NCBI GenBank assembly: GCA_009691025.1
Contig: SHWB01000003.1
Coordinates: forward strand, 37,851 to 101,850
DNA from: Alphaproteobacteria bacterium
Lineage (GTDB): Bacteria; Pseudomonadota; Alphaproteobacteria; UBA6615
DNA length: 64,000 bases
Direction: 5' to 3'
The notes beneath the pieces are model-generated. The model was not told where the DNA came from, did not search any database, and saw nothing but the letters and a program-made list of their open reading frames with translations. The translations under genes and the position numbers were made by a program. Below, piece by piece: positions 29,237-40,116 of this stretch. Every line of letters begins with the position of its first letter. Positions within the stretch are counted from its first letter, which is position 1.

Positions 29237-29935
29237 TCAATCGCCGGTCGGCCGATCATGTGTCTTCTTCGCGCCGATGCGCGGCTCGCTGCCGGACAAC
29301 AGGCGGGCGATGTTGGCGCGATGCTTGATCCAGACCATCACGGCAAGGACCAGAGCGAGGCCGGCGGCCTGCGGCGCACCGAGCAGCCAGCCGGCGACCG
29401 GCGCCCCGGCGGTGGCGACCAGCGCGGCCAGCGAGGAGAAGCGCAGCAATCCTGCCGTGGCGAGCCACAGGGCGTAGGCGGCGAGACCGACCGGCCAGGC
29501 GAAGGCCAGCAGCGTGCCGAGGGTGGTCGCCACCCCCTTGCCGCCGCGGAAGCCGAGCCAGACCGGGAACAGATGACCGACGACGACGGCGAGGCCGCAC
29601 AGCCAGCGTGCGTCCGGGCCGAGCCACCAGCCGGCGGCCAGCACGGCGGCGGCCCCCTTGGCGCCGTCGAGCAGCAGGGTGGCGGCGGCCAGATCCTTGC
29701 GGCCGGTGCGCAGCACGTTGGTTGCGCCGATGTTGCCGGAGCCGATGCGCCGCAAATCACCCAGCCCGGCAAGGCGCGTCAGCACCAGGCCGAACGGGAT
29801 GGCGCCCAGTAAATAGGCAGCGATCATCGCCGGAACGAAGACGCTCCAGCCATAGGCGACGATCTTCCAGTCGGGCGCGCCGATGACCGCCGCGACCGTG
29901 CCCCACCACATGATCAGGTCGTTGCTGTCGGGCAT
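29237..29935 (-). CDS. plsY: glycerol-3-phosphate acyltransferase PlsY
   Basis: ORF 29237..29977; ..AAYLLGAIPFGLVLTRL..GSGNIGATNVLRTG..FRGGKGVAT... The start is ambiguous (ATG at 29977, 29935 or 29911). Confidence 0.9.
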   Translation of the reverse strand: MPDSNDLIMWWGTVAAVIGAPDWKIVAYGWSVFVPAMIAAYLLGAIPFGLVLTRLAGLGDLRRIGSGNIGATNVLRTGRKDLAAATLLLDGAKGAAAVLAAGWWLGPDARWLCGLAVVVGHLFPVWLGFRGGKGVATTLGTLLAFAWPVGLAAYALWLATAGLLRFSSLAALVATAGAPVAGWLLGAPQAAGLALVLAVMVWIKHRANIARLLSGSEPRIGAKKTHDRPTGD

Positions 29936-30297
29936 GCGGAGTTCCTGAGAGCGTGCCGCACCGATAGTGCCGGCCATGGCTTAGCGCAACCATTCTGGCG
30001 CATGCGTGGCGTCGTTGCCGGTCGAATATGCCAATTCCCTGTTGCGTCGGGCGTCGAGTTCGCTTCAAGTAACGGGGATCGGATGCGCAACGACAGGAAA
30101 CATCGGCGGCGCGTCCGGCACGGTCGGGTGATTCTGGGAGGATTGCACCCCTTTAGACGCGCAACGCGCCCGATCCGGCGCGTCCGTGCACCTTCGCCGG
30201 TATCGAGACCGGCAACAATCAACGCAACGAGCGATGCGTATCGCGGACGGATATCCGTCCGTTCTCATTGTCGCATGCCGATGGAGGAGGAAGGCCT

Positions 30298-31497
30298 ATG
30301 AGTACGCGTACGGGGATCAAGGGGCTTGCGCTGGCATTCGGTGCCGTCGCGGCGGCCGGTCTCGCACTGGGCGTCACTGCGCTACCGGCGGCGGCCAAGT
30401 CCAAGATCGACATGTTGTGGGACAACGAGATCAAGAACGACGCGCCGAAGGTAACCTACGACGGTCCGGCCATCACGCTTCGCCACTCGCACTTCATCCC
30501 GCGCAACGCCGCGGTCGCCGGTGACCTGCACCAGAAGTGGGTCGACTGGGTGGAGCGCCGCAGCAACGGCAAGCTGAAGATCCGCATCTACTGGACGAAC
30601 CAGCTCTCCGACGCCACGCGCGGAGCTTTCGAGGCGGTGTCGAAGGGCATCACCGACACCTCGCAGTGCTACACCTGGTTCGATCCGGGCCGCTTCAACC
30701 TGTGGCTCGGCCTGCACATGCCTGGCATCGTCGACCGCTCGACGGCGGGCTCGCGCGCGATGATGGAGATCTACCAGGAGCATCTGCGAAAGGAATACGA
30801 GGCGCAGGGCGTGCAGCTCGTCCGCCTATCGGCGACGCCGCCGAACCGTATCCTGTCGCGCGACGTGCCGATCCTGCTGCCCGCCGACATGAAGGGCAAG
30901 AAGCTGTGGGCGACCGGCGACATCCCGGCGCGCGTTGCCGCTGCGGTCGGCGCTACCGCCGTGCCGCTGACGCCGCAGGACCTCTACGTGTCCTACCAGA
31001 CCGGTGTCATCGACGTGATGCAGATGCATAATGCCGGCTCGATCCTGTTCCGCGTTGCCGAGCTGTCGAAGTTCCGTAATCCGGTCGGTCTCTCGGTCAA
31101 TCCGACCATGGTCTGCATCAATCCGAAGTTCTTCGAGGGACTGCCGCCGGACATCCAGGCGTTTTACGCGCGCAGCGTCCAGCTCTACAACCACGCCGAG
31201 ACCCAGACCTACTTCGACGAATTCGCCCTCGACGCCGTCAAGCAGATGGACAAGATGGGCATCAAGCTCGTCCAGCCGACGGCGGAGCAGGAAGCCACCT
31301 GGCTCGCTGCCTTCCGCCATGTCGAGGTCGAGTGGACGGCCGAGATGGAGAAGAAGGGGCTCGGCGCGAAGAAGATGTTCGCGGATTACCGGGCGGCCTA
31401 CGGAAGGCTCGACGGCATGACCAACGACCAGATCTTCGACCTGGCCATGGACAAGCCTGTCAACCTGATCGGCGACTACAAGATTCCGCCGAAGTAA
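30298..31497 (+). CDS. TRAP transporter substrate-binding protein (DctP family)
   Basis: ATG at 30298 after GGAGGAGGAAGG: MSTRTGIKGLALAFGAVAAAGLALGVTALPAAA (signal peptide). It is followed by the small and large TRAP permease genes. Confidence 0.85.
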   Translation: MSTRTGIKGLALAFGAVAAAGLALGVTALPAAAKSKIDMLWDNEIKNDAPKVTYDGPAITLRHSHFIPRNAAVAGDLHQKWVDWVERRSNGKLKIRIYWTNQLSDATRGAFEAVSKGITDTSQCYTWFDPGRFNLWLGLHMPGIVDRSTAGSRAMMEIYQEHLRKEYEAQGVQLVRLSATPPNRILSRDVPILLPADMKGKKLWATGDIPARVAAAVGATAVPLTPQDLYVSYQTGVIDVMQMHNAGSILFRVAELSKFRNPVGLSVNPTMVCINPKFFEGLPPDIQAFYARSVQLYNHAETQTYFDEFALDAVKQMDKMGIKLVQPTAEQEATWLAAFRHVEVEWTAEMEKKGLGAKKMFADYRAAYGRLDGMTNDQIFDLAMDKPVNLIGDYKIPPK

Positions 31498-31527
31498 GGC
31501 GGTTGTCTGTCATTCCGTAGCGTGCGT

Positions 31528-31562
31528 TGCGGGGCGGTCCGGCGCGGTCGGATCGCCCCGCA
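31528..31562 (+). promoter_or_regulatory. intercistronic stem-loop between dctP and dctQ
   Basis: TGCGGGGCG (31528-31536) pairs with CGCCCCGCA (31554-31562) with a 17-nt loop and no T-tract. Possible mRNA-stabilising or attenuating hairpin. Confidence 0.3.
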
Positions 31563-31589
31563 TCCGGTTTGGTAGAGGAGTATGCTTGG

Positions 31590-32084
31590 ATGCGTTTGGT
31601 TGGTCCGTTCCACCGGATGACTGGTTTTTTGTTCTTCTGGGGTGGGCTGGCACTGCTGATGGTGATGACCGTCGTCATCACCATAGATGCCGGCGGCCGC
31701 TACGTGTTCAACGCGCCGATGCAGGGTGCCCAGGACATCGTCGGCGTGTCGCTGCTCACGTTATTCCTCATCACCTTGCCGCATTCCTTCTTCGGCGATT
31801 ACCAGATCCGCATGGACCTGTTCTACGCGCGCATGCCGGAATGGGGACGTAAGGTTGCCGACTGGATTGGCGCGGCCGGGGCCCTCGTGCTCGCCGGCAT
31901 CCTTGCGTCGCAGGGCTGGGAAAACATTTCGCTGTTCTATCACAACGGCGCCGCGACGCTGAACGTGAAGATCCCCTACTGGCCGTTCAACGTCGTGATG
32001 TTTGCCACTGGCGTTCTGCTGTTTGTGTCAGTGCTGTTCTGCATGGCGACCGGCGCTCGGGCCGGTGACAAGGGAAGCCATTGA
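31590..32084 (+). CDS. TRAP transporter small permease (DctQ family)
   Basis: ATG at 31590 after GAGGAG: MRLVGPFHRMTGFLFFWGGLALLMVMTVVITIDAGGRYVFNAPMQGAQD..; four TM helices. The stop overlaps the dctM start. Confidence 0.8.
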   Translation: MRLVGPFHRMTGFLFFWGGLALLMVMTVVITIDAGGRYVFNAPMQGAQDIVGVSLLTLFLITLPHSFFGDYQIRMDLFYARMPEWGRKVADWIGAAGALVLAGILASQGWENISLFYHNGAATLNVKIPYWPFNVVMFATGVLLFVSVLFCMATGARAGDKGSH

Positions 32085-33373
32085 TGGAACCAGTAGCAAT
32101 CGGTCTTGCGGCCTTCGCGATCCTGCTCGCGCTCACCGCGGTCGGCACGCCGCTCGCGCTGTCGCTCATCCTGGTCGGCTTTGGCGGCAATTTATTCTTC
32201 TACAACATCGCGCAGACCTCGACGCGCTTTTATGAATCGCTGTTCGACAATGCGACCAGTTTCATCCTCGCCGCCGTGCCGCTGTTCATCTTCATGGGGC
32301 AACTCGTCCACCACTCCAATATCGGGCGCGACCTGTACGAGTGCGTCTACCGCTGGGCGGGGCGCGTGCCGGGCGGGCTGGCGATCACCGCCGTTCTCAG
32401 CTGCGCGGGCTTCGGCGCCGTCACTGGCCTGTCGGCGGCCGCGGTCGCGACGATGGGCGCGATCACCATGCCGGAGATGATGCGCTATGGCTACGCGCCG
32501 CGCTTCGCGGCCGGCAGCCTTGCCATCGCCTCGACCCTGGCGATCCTCATCCCGCCCAGCCTGCTGATGATCATCTACGGGCTGTGGACGGAAACCTCGA
32601 TCGGCCACCTGTTCATCGCCGGCATCGTGCCTGGCATCATGATGACGGCCGCGTTCTGCGGCTATATCTACATCCGCGTCGTCATCACCCCCGAGCTGGG
32701 ACGCCGGGGTGAAGCCTTCACGATCGCCGAGAAACTGCGCTCCCTGTCGGCGTTGCTGCCGATATTCTTCATCTTCGGCATCGTCATCGGCGGCATCTAC
32801 GCCGGTGTCCTGACGGTGTCCGAGGGCGCCGGCGTCGGCTCGGCGTCGGTCATGGTCTTGCTCGTCGGCATGGGCAGGCTGAACTGGAAGACCATCGCGC
32901 TGGCCGTACGCGAGACGTGCCAGCTAACCGTCATGGTGATGACCATCTTCATCGGCGCGACCTTCTTCGCCAAGTTCCTCGTCGTCACCGACATCAGCTA
33001 CGAGTTGGTCGAGTTCATCGAGGACATCAGCGTCAACCGCTACGTCGTCCTGCTCGCCTTCGTCGTCATGTACCTCTTTCTTGGCATGGTGCTAGACACG
33101 ATAGGCATGCTGCTGCTGACTCTGCCGATCGTCTTCCCGGTCATCAGGGAGCTGGGCTTCGACGCCATCTGGTTCGGCATCATCCTGACGATCCTCGTCG
33201 AGATCGCGCTGGTGACGCCGCCGGTCGGCTTCAACTGCTTCGTGTTGCACCAGATCGTGCCGGAGATACCGCTCGGTCAGATCTTCCTGGGCGTGATGCC
33301 GTTCGTGATGATCGCGCTCGGGATCCTCGGCATCCTCACGCTCTTCCCGGGCATCGTCACGATGCTTCTGTGA
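32081..33373 (+). CDS. TRAP transporter large permease (DctM family)
   Basis: 430-aa polytopic ORF MMEPVAIGLAAFAILLALTAVGTPLALSLILVGF..; DctM architecture. Confidence 0.9.
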   Translation: MMEPVAIGLAAFAILLALTAVGTPLALSLILVGFGGNLFFYNIAQTSTRFYESLFDNATSFILAAVPLFIFMGQLVHHSNIGRDLYECVYRWAGRVPGGLAITAVLSCAGFGAVTGLSAAAVATMGAITMPEMMRYGYAPRFAAGSLAIASTLAILIPPSLLMIIYGLWTETSIGHLFIAGIVPGIMMTAAFCGYIYIRVVITPELGRRGEAFTIAEKLRSLSALLPIFFIFGIVIGGIYAGVLTVSEGAGVGSASVMVLLVGMGRLNWKTIALAVRETCQLTVMVMTIFIGATFFAKFLVVTDISYELVEFIEDISVNRYVVLLAFVVMYLFLGMVLDTIGMLLLTLPIVFPVIRELGFDAIWFGIILTILVEIALVTPPVGFNCFVLHQIVPEIPLGQIFLGVMPFVMIALGILGILTLFPGIVTMLL

Positions 33374-33398
33374 GTGGCGTCGCCCGGGGCGCCGGGGC

Positions 33399-34706
33399 TC
33401 AGGCGCCGGCGATGTAGACCGGGCGGCCGTCGACGACGGTCCGCAGCACCTTGCCCTGCACCAGCCTTCCGTCGAAGGGCGAGTTCTTCGACTTCGAGCG
33501 GAAATTGTCCGGCTCGATGCGGCCCGGACGGTCGGGATCGAAGATCACGAGGTCGGCCGGCGCGTCCGCCACCAGCCTTCCCGCCCGCAGGCCGAGCAGG
33601 TCGGCCGGGCGGACCGTCAGCAGGGCCAGCGCCTCGCACATGGTCAGATAGCCGTTGTGCACCAGTTCCAGCGTCACCGGCAGCAGCGTTTCGAGCCCGA
33701 CGGCGCCAGGCTCGGCCACCTCGAAGGGCTGGCGCTTGGATTCCTGGTCCTGCGGGGCATGATCGGACGCGATGGCATCTATGGTGCCGTCGGCCAACGC
33801 GGCAATGACGGCACGCCGGTCATCCTCCGTGCGCAGCGGCGGCGACAGCTTGGCGAAGGTGCGGTAGTGCGACACCGCCAGCTCGTTGAGGGCGAAATAG
33901 GGCGGTGCCGTGTCGCAGGTGACGGCGAGGCCCTGTGCCTTGGCGCGGCGGATGCGATCGAGGCCCGGCGCCGTCGACACATGCGCGGCGTGATAGCGCC
34001 CGCCGGTCATATCGACCAGCGTCAGGTCGCGGTCGAGCATGAGGATCTCGGTCGCCCGCGAGATGCCGGGCAGGCCGAGCCGAGTCGACAGCTCGCCGCC
34101 GTGCATGACGCCGGAAGCGGCGAGCGACGGCTCCTCCGGGTGCTGGATCAGTGGCGCGCCGAGGATGCGGGTGTATTGCAGCGCGCGCTGCATGGTGCGC
34201 GCGTCGGCGAGCGCGCGCACGCCGTCGGTGAATCCCAGCACGCCGGCCTCGCGCAGCAGGCCCATCTCGGTCAGTTCCTCGCCGCGGCAGCCGCGCGTGA
34301 TGGCGGCGTAGCAGTAGACCTTGACCAGCTTCACCTCGCGCGCTCGCCGCGCGATGAACTCGACCACCGCCTCGTCGTCGATCGCCGGGTCGGTGTTGGG
34401 TAGCGCCACCATGCTGGTCACACCTCCGGCCGCTGCGGCACGGCTGGCGCTGGCGATGTCCTCCTTGTGCTCCTCGCCGGGATCGCGCAGCTGCACGCGC
34501 ATGTCGACGAGGCCTGGCGCGAGCACGGCGCCCCCGCAATCGATCGCCGTGGCATCGGACGGCGTCCCGCCGGCGAACAGCTCCGGGCCGACGGCGACGA
34601 TGGCCTCGCCCTCGGTCAGCAGCCCGGCGGACGGCGTTGCGGCGGCATCGAAGCCGCTCGCCGGATCGACCAGCCGGGCGTTGAAATAGGCGATGCGTCC
34701 GGTCAT
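33399..34706 (-). CDS. pyrC: dihydroorotase (PyrC-like partner of aspartate carbamoyltransferase)
   Basis: 435-aa ORF ..VLAPGLVDMRVQLRDPGEEHKEDI..; amidohydrolase fold, directly downstream of pyrB. Confidence 0.85.
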   Translation of the reverse strand: MTGRIAYFNARLVDPASGFDAAATPSAGLLTEGEAIVAVGPELFAGGTPSDATAIDCGGAVLAPGLVDMRVQLRDPGEEHKEDIASASRAAAAGGVTSMVALPNTDPAIDDEAVVEFIARRAREVKLVKVYCYAAITRGCRGEELTEMGLLREAGVLGFTDGVRALADARTMQRALQYTRILGAPLIQHPEEPSLAASGVMHGGELSTRLGLPGISRATEILMLDRDLTLVDMTGGRYHAAHVSTAPGLDRIRRAKAQGLAVTCDTAPPYFALNELAVSHYRTFAKLSPPLRTEDDRRAVIAALADGTIDAIASDHAPQDQESKRQPFEVAEPGAVGLETLLPVTLELVHNGYLTMCEALALLTVRPADLLGLRAGRLVADAPADLVIFDPDRPGRIEPDNFRSKSKNSPFDGRLVQGKVLRTVVDGRPVYIAGA

Positions 34707-34727
34707 CGGGCCGGACCTGCCATGGCG

Positions 34728-35699
34728 TCAGTTTGCACGGTGGCCGGCATGGCGCGTCAGCACGTCGAGGCACGCCATGCGCACGGCGACGCCCATCTCG
34801 ACCTGTTCGCGGATCAGCGAGCGGTCGATGTCGTCGGCGACGGCCGTGTCGATCTCGACACCCCGGTTCATCGGCCCCGGATGCATGATCAGCGCGTCGG
34901 GCTTGGCATAGGCGAGCTTCTCGTAGTCGAGCCCCCAGTAGCGGAAATACTCGCGCACCGAGGGAACGTAGGTGCCCTGCATGCGCTCGCGCTGCAGGCG
35001 CAGCATCATCACGATGTCGACCCCGGCGAGGCCGGCCCGCATGTCGGTGAATACCTCGACGCCGAGGCGGTCGATGGCCGGCGGCAGCAGGGTTGGCGGC
35101 GCGATGACGCGGACCCGCGCGCCCATCGCCTGCAGCAGGTAGATGTTCGACCGCGCGACGCGGCTATGCGCGATGTCGCCGCAGATGGCGACCTCCAGCC
35201 CTTCCAGCCGCTTCTTGTGGCGGCGGATGGTCAGCGCGTCGAGCAGCGCCTGCGTCGGGTGCTCGTGGCTGCCGTCTCCGGCGTTGACGACCGAGCAATT
35301 GACCTTCTCGGCCAGCAGGTGGACGGCGCCGGCCTGCGGGTGGCGCACCACCAGCGCGTCGGCATGCATGGCATTCAGCGTCATCGCCGTGTCGATCAGC
35401 GTCTCGCCCTTCTTGATGGCGGAGTGCTGTACGGCGATGTTGATGACGTCGCCGCCCAGCCGCTTGGCGGCCAATTCGAACGAGGTACGCGTGCGCGTCG
35501 ATTCCTCGAAGAACAGGTTGATGACGGTATGCCCGCGCAGCAGGTCGAGCTTGCGCCAGGCGCTGCGGTTGCCGTCGGCATAGCTGTCGGACAGGTCGAG
35601 CAGCAGCGTGATGTCGTCGCGCGACAGATCCTCGATGCCGAGCAAATGCCGGTGTGGAAAGTCCAGGCGGTCGGCGGCGTCGGGCAGGGCGGCAGTCAT
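34728..35699 (-). CDS. pyrB: aspartate carbamoyltransferase catalytic subunit
   Basis: 323-aa ORF ..[50 protein letters not shown]. Confidence 0.95.
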   Translation of the reverse strand: MTAALPDAADRLDFPHRHLLGIEDLSRDDITLLLDLSDSYADGNRSAWRKLDLLRGHTVINLFFEESTRTRTSFELAAKRLGGDVINIAVQHSAIKKGETLIDTAMTLNAMHADALVVRHPQAGAVHLLAEKVNCSVVNAGDGSHEHPTQALLDALTIRRHKKRLEGLEVAICGDIAHSRVARSNIYLLQAMGARVRVIAPPTLLPPAIDRLGVEVFTDMRAGLAGVDIVMMLRLQRERMQGTYVPSVREYFRYWGLDYEKLAYAKPDALIMHPGPMNRGVEIDTAVADDIDRSLIREQVEMGVAVRMACLDVLTRHAGHRAN

Positions 35700-35866
35700 C
35701 GCGGGCGCAATATAGGCACAAGCGTGGCGGCGACAAGAAATCCGGTGTGTGTCCGGCCAATGGCCTGATACGGCAGGACAATTGGGCTCCGCCGCGCGGC
35801 CGGCGGCGACTCGCGGCGCCGGCTCTGGTAGGAATCCCAGATGCGGCGGCGGTGCCGGCCTTGTGG

Positions 35867-35924
35867 TTCGACAGGCTCACCATGAGGCTTGAAAGTGCAG
35901 TCCTCATCATGAGCTTGTCGAAGG
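35867..35924. repeat. REP-like inverted pair (family 1)
   Basis: ttcgacaggctcaccatgagg (35867-35887) and cctcatcatgagcttgtcgaagg (35902-35924) are reverse complements with a 14-nt loop. Confidence 0.55.
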
Positions 35925-35965
35925 TTGAGGCGCGGCGCGGGCCGCCGGACACGGGAGGGCAGGGC

Positions 35966-36739
35966 GTGAAGGCGGTAATCCTCGCGGGGGGCAAAGGGTC
36001 GCGGCTGTCGGAGGAGACGGCTCTGCGGCCGAAACCGATGGTCGAGATCGGCGGCCGGCCGATCCTCTGGCACATCATGAAGATCTATGCCCGCCACGGC
36101 ATTACCGACTTCGTGGTCTGCCTCGGCTACCGAGGCTACATGATCAAGGAATACTTCGCCAATTTCGTGCTGCACGCGGCCGATGTGACGGTCGACCTGG
36201 CGAAGAACGCCATCGAGTATCATGCCGTCGATGCCGAGCCGTGGCGCGTCACGCTGGTCGAGACCGGCGAGGAGACCCAGACCGGCGGCCGCATCCGCCG
36301 CATCGCCCGCTATCTCGATCCCGGCCAGCCCTTCTGCCTGACCTATGGCGACGGCGTCGCCGATATCGACATCGCGGCGCTGGTCGCCTCCCACCGTGCC
36401 TCGGGCGCGGCGGCGACGATGACGGCGGTGCAGCCGCCCGGCCGCTTCGGCGCCGCCGAGATCGCGGGCGGCAAGGTGGTGCGCTTCACCGAGAAGCCGC
36501 GCGGCTATGGCGGACGCATCAATGGCGGCTTCTTCGTCTGCGAGCCGGCGGTGCTCGACCTCATCGCTGGCGACGACACGGTGTGGGAACAGGAACCGCT
36601 GGGCGCGCTCGCCGCCGGTGGCCGGCTGGCGGCCTTCCAGCACGACGGCTTCTGGCAGCCGATGGACACGCTGCGCGAGAAGAACCTGCTGGAGGCGCTG
36701 TGGTCGGAAGGCCAGGCGCCGTGGAAGACCTGGGCCTAG
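35966..36739 (+). CDS. rfbF: glucose-1-phosphate cytidylyltransferase
   Basis: GTG at 35966 in ORF 35654..36739: (M)KAVILAGGKGSRLSEETALRPKPMVEIGGRPILWHIMKIY..GDGVADIDI..GFWQPMDTLREKNLLE. Confidence 0.85.
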   Translation: MKAVILAGGKGSRLSEETALRPKPMVEIGGRPILWHIMKIYARHGITDFVVCLGYRGYMIKEYFANFVLHAADVTVDLAKNAIEYHAVDAEPWRVTLVETGEETQTGGRIRRIARYLDPGQPFCLTYGDGVADIDIAALVASHRASGAAATMTAVQPPGRFGAAEIAGGKVVRFTEKPRGYGGRINGGFFVCEPAVLDLIAGDDTVWEQEPLGALAAGGRLAAFQHDGFWQPMDTLREKNLLEALWSEGQAPWKTWA

Positions 36740-37230
36740 CGACCCGCGCGCAGCGCCCGCAGCCGGTCGAGCACGCCTTGCAGAATCCACGCGGCGGCGA
36801 GCCCGTCGACCACCTCGGCGCGGCGGCGGCGGCTGACATCCGCCTCGTCGACGAGGAAGCGTTCTACCGCGGCGGTGGACAGGCGCTCGTCCCACAGCAC
36901 GACTGGCAGGCTCAGGCGCTGCGCCAGATTGGCGGCCAGCGCGCGGGCCGACTGGGCGCGCGGCCCCTCGCTGCCGTCCATGTTGACCGGCAGGCCGATG
37001 ACTATGCCGCCGACGCCGCGCTCGGCCGCCAGCTCCGCCAGCTTCGCCACATCCTCGGTGAACTTGCCGCGCTTCCAGGTGCCGAGCGACGAGGCGATGG
37101 AGAAGGCGGAATCCGAGATCGCGAGGCCCAGCGTCTTGGTGCCCGGATCAAGGCCGAGCAGTCGCGCGCCGGGCGCCAGCGCCGCCGCCAGCGCCTCGAC
37201 ATTGGCGACGACGGGGCCGGCTTCGCTCAG
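36736..37230 (-). CDS. ruvX: Holliday junction resolvase-like protein RuvX/YqgF; start codon unresolved
   Basis: The track ORF starts at GTG 37050 (MAKLAELAAERG..), but the same frame upstream encodes the conserved N-terminus PVVANVEALAAALAPGARLLGLDPGTKTLGLAISD with no ATG/GTG/TTG. A CTG at 37228-37230 overlaps the TGA of the upstream gene (CTGA). Confidence 0.82.
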   Translation of the reverse strand: MSEAGPVVANVEALAAALAPGARLLGLDPGTKTLGLAISDSAFSIASSLGTWKRGKFTEDVAKLAELAAERGVGGIVIGLPVNMDGSEGPRAQSARALAANLAQRLSLPVVLWDERLSTAAVERFLVDEADVSRRRRAEVVDGLAAAWILQGVLDRLRALRAGR

Positions 37231-38114
37231 GACGGGCCGCCCATCGCGTGGGCGAGGCTGCGGACCTGGGCGTCGAAGGTTGCCTCGGGCAGGCCGAACA
37301 TCAGCGTCATCTGCTCGGCGCCGGCCCGCGCGACGCCGACGCCGTAGCTTCGCCCGCCCTGCCAGCCCAGCACGCGATACTCCCCGGCGAAATTATGGGC
37401 GGTGCCGCAGGTGAGGCTGAAGCGGCCTTCACCGGGCCGCGTCTCGCTGTGCGTGCCGGTGCACAACTCGACGCCGCGCCGGTCGATCAGGCGCACCGGC
37501 CGCGCATCGCGGATCGCCGGCCCCATTTCGAGGAAGGCCGGGGCGACATGGCGCCGCTCGTCCTCGCCGCGACTCAGCACGACGATCGTCGCCAGCAACT
37601 CGCGCCAGCGCAGCGCCGCCGGTTCGAGCAGCAGCGCATCGTCGATCGCGGCGATACGGCAGCCGCAATCCTGGCCACGGTCGGCGGCGATGCGGGCGAC
37701 CCCGTCGAGGCAGCGGCCGAGCGCGCTTTCGACCGCCTCGCCAGCGCTGGCGCCCTTGCGGCTGACGGCGATGAAGGGGCAATGGGCCGGCGTGCCGAGC
37801 GCCAAAGCGCGGTGGCCGCCTGTGGCGGCCCAGCGCCGCCCTTCCTCGGTGCGCGCGACGAGTTCGACATGCGACAAATCCGTCACCGGCGCGCCGGTGC
37901 GGTCGAGCGCGGCGATCTCGCGCATGATGGAGGGGATGTCGTTGCGCGCCAAGGCGATCATCGGATCGCTGCGCAGGACGAGGATGTTGCCGGCGATGGT
38001 GTCGGGCACGAGGCCGGTGGCGGCGCCCTCGTCCGGCGCGCCGGCGCAGCCGGCCAGCGCCAGCATCGCTGCCATCCAGGTCGCCAAGAGCACCGATTTC
38101 ATGTACATCTGCAT
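37227..38114 (-). CDS. lipoprotein of unknown function
   Basis: 295-aa ORF MQMYMKSVLLATWMAAMLALAGCAG.. (lipobox); Cys-containing repeats; no family I can name with confidence. Confidence 0.55.
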   Translation of the reverse strand: MQMYMKSVLLATWMAAMLALAGCAGAPDEGAATGLVPDTIAGNILVLRSDPMIALARNDIPSIMREIAALDRTGAPVTDLSHVELVARTEEGRRWAATGGHRALALGTPAHCPFIAVSRKGASAGEAVESALGRCLDGVARIAADRGQDCGCRIAAIDDALLLEPAALRWRELLATIVVLSRGEDERRHVAPAFLEMGPAIRDARPVRLIDRRGVELCTGTHSETRPGEGRFSLTCGTAHNFAGEYRVLGWQGGRSYGVGVARAGAEQMTLMFGLPEATFDAQVRSLAHAMGGPS

Positions 38115-38275
38115 TTCATCCGTCCGCCGGGAAGGGAGGGCAGGATAACGGGCTGGGCCGGCCTTGCCTACCGTGGCGGGCCGGATACGCGGCGGTCGCG
38201 CCTTGCGCCCGCGAGAAGGGCGGTGATAGCGTCCGCGCCCTTGCCTAAACTGGCCGTCAGCGGGGCCCGCTTCCC

Positions 38276-38563
38276 ATGTCGATCGATCACGCCACGGTCC
38301 GGCGCATCGCCCGCCTTGCGCGTATCCATGTGCCAGAGGACGAGGTCGACCGCCTCGGCGCCGAGCTGTCGCAGATCCTCGGCTTCGTCGAGCAACTGGG
38401 CGAGGTCGATGTCGCTGGCGTCGAGCCGATGACCAGCGTCGTCGATGCCGTCCTCACCCTGCGCGAGGACCGGGTGAGCGACGGCGGCGACGCCCAGAAG
38501 GTGCTCGCCAACGCGCCGGAGCGGGCGGAGGATTTCTTCGTAGTGCCGCGGGTGGTCGAGTGA
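38276..38563 (+). CDS. gatC: Asp/Glu-tRNA amidotransferase subunit C
   Basis: 95-aa [44 protein letters not shown].. Confidence 0.93.
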   Translation: MSIDHATVRRIARLARIHVPEDEVDRLGAELSQILGFVEQLGEVDVAGVEPMTSVVDAVLTLREDRVSDGGDAQKVLANAPERAEDFFVVPRVVE

Positions 38564-40038
38564 TGGCTGCCGCCGCCCTCACCGGCCTCACCCTGGCCGC
38601 CGCGCGCGAGAAGCTGCGCGCGCGCGAGATCGGCGCCGTCGAGCTGACGCACGCCCATCTCGAGGCGATGGCGGCGGCGCGCGACCTCAACGCCTTTGTT
38701 CTGGAGACACCCGAACGAGCGCTGGAGATGGCGGCGGCGGCCGGCCGGCGCCTCAAGGCCGGCGAGGCGCTGCCGCTCGACGGCCTGCCCATCGCTGTCA
38801 AGGATCTGTTCGCCACCGATGGCGTGCGCACCACGGCCTGCAGCCGCATCCTCGACGACTTCACGCCAACCTATGAATCGACCGTCACGGCGAAGCTCTG
38901 GGCCGCCGGCGCGGTGATGCTCGGCAAGGTCAACATGGACGAGTTCGCCATGGGCTCGGCCAACATCACCAGCGCCTTCGGGCCGGTGAAGAATCCGTGG
39001 CGGGCGAAATCCGGGCCGAGCGCCGGCAAGGATCTCGTGCCCGGCGGATCGTCCGGCGGTTCTGCCGCGGCCGTGGCGGCGCGTCTGGCGCTGGCAGCGA
39101 CTGGCACCGACACTGGCGGCTCGATCCGCCAGCCGGCGGCCTTCTGCGGCGTCGCCGGCATCAAGCCGACCTACGGCCGCTGCTCGCGCTGGGGTATCGT
39201 CGCCTTCGCCAGCTCGCTCGACCAGGCCGGGCCGATCGCCCGCACGGTCGAGGATTGCGCCCTCATGCTCGGCGCCATGGCCGGCCACGATCCGAAGGAT
39301 TCGACCAGCATCGACGTGGCGGTGCCCGACTACACGGCGGCGCTGAAGCGCGGCGTGAAGGGCTTGCGCGTCGGCATCCCGAAGGAATACCGCGTCGACG
39401 GCATGCCGCCGGCGATCGACGCGCTGTGGCGGCAGGGCGCCGGCTGGCTGGCGGCGGAAGGGGCCGAGATCGTCGAGGTCTCGCTGCCGCTGTCGAAATA
39501 CGCTCTGCCCGTCTACTACATCGTCGCCCCGGCCGAGGCCTCGTCAAACCTCGCGCGCTACGATGGCATCCGCTACGGGCTGCGCGTGCCAGGCGAGGAC
39601 CTCGTCGACACCTACGAGAAGACGCGCGCCGCCGGCTTCGGCGCCGAGGTGCGGCGGCGCATCATGATAGGCACCTACGTCCTGTCGGCTGGCTACTACG
39701 ACGCCTACTATCTGCGGGCCCAGAAGGTGCGCGCGCGCATCGCCGCCGATTTCCGCGCGGCATACGAGAAGTGCGACGTGCTGCTCGCCCCGGCGACGCC
39801 GTCGGCGGCCTTCGCGCTGGGCGAGAAGCAGGACGACCCCATCGCCATGTACCTGAACGACGTGTTCACGGTGCCGGCCTCGCTCGCCGGCCTGCCGGCG
39901 ATGGCGCTGCCGGCCGGCCTGTCGCCCGAGGGCCTGCCGCTCGGCCTGCAGCTCGTCGGCCGCGCCTTCGACGAGGAGACTGTCTTCGCCGCTGCTGCCG
40001 CGCTGGAACGCGCCGCGGGCTTCACGGCGGTGCCGTAG
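38560..40038 (+). CDS. gatA: Asp/Glu-tRNA amidotransferase subunit A
   Basis: 492-aa ORF with the amidase signature ..[29 protein letters not shown].. Confidence 0.96.
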   Translation: MMAAAALTGLTLAAAREKLRAREIGAVELTHAHLEAMAAARDLNAFVLETPERALEMAAAAGRRLKAGEALPLDGLPIAVKDLFATDGVRTTACSRILDDFTPTYESTVTAKLWAAGAVMLGKVNMDEFAMGSANITSAFGPVKNPWRAKSGPSAGKDLVPGGSSGGSAAAVAARLALAATGTDTGGSIRQPAAFCGVAGIKPTYGRCSRWGIVAFASSLDQAGPIARTVEDCALMLGAMAGHDPKDSTSIDVAVPDYTAALKRGVKGLRVGIPKEYRVDGMPPAIDALWRQGAGWLAAEGAEIVEVSLPLSKYALPVYYIVAPAEASSNLARYDGIRYGLRVPGEDLVDTYEKTRAAGFGAEVRRRIMIGTYVLSAGYYDAYYLRAQKVRARIAADFRAAYEKCDVLLAPATPSAAFALGEKQDDPIAMYLNDVFTVPASLAGLPAMALPAGLSPEGLPLGLQLVGRAFDEETVFAAAAALERAAGFTAVP

Positions 40039-40116
40039 CCGGGGGCCGGGCAGCCTTCCGGCCATTGGCGGGATCGGCTAGAAGACATACATGACGGCCC
40101 GAAGGGACGTTGCGCT

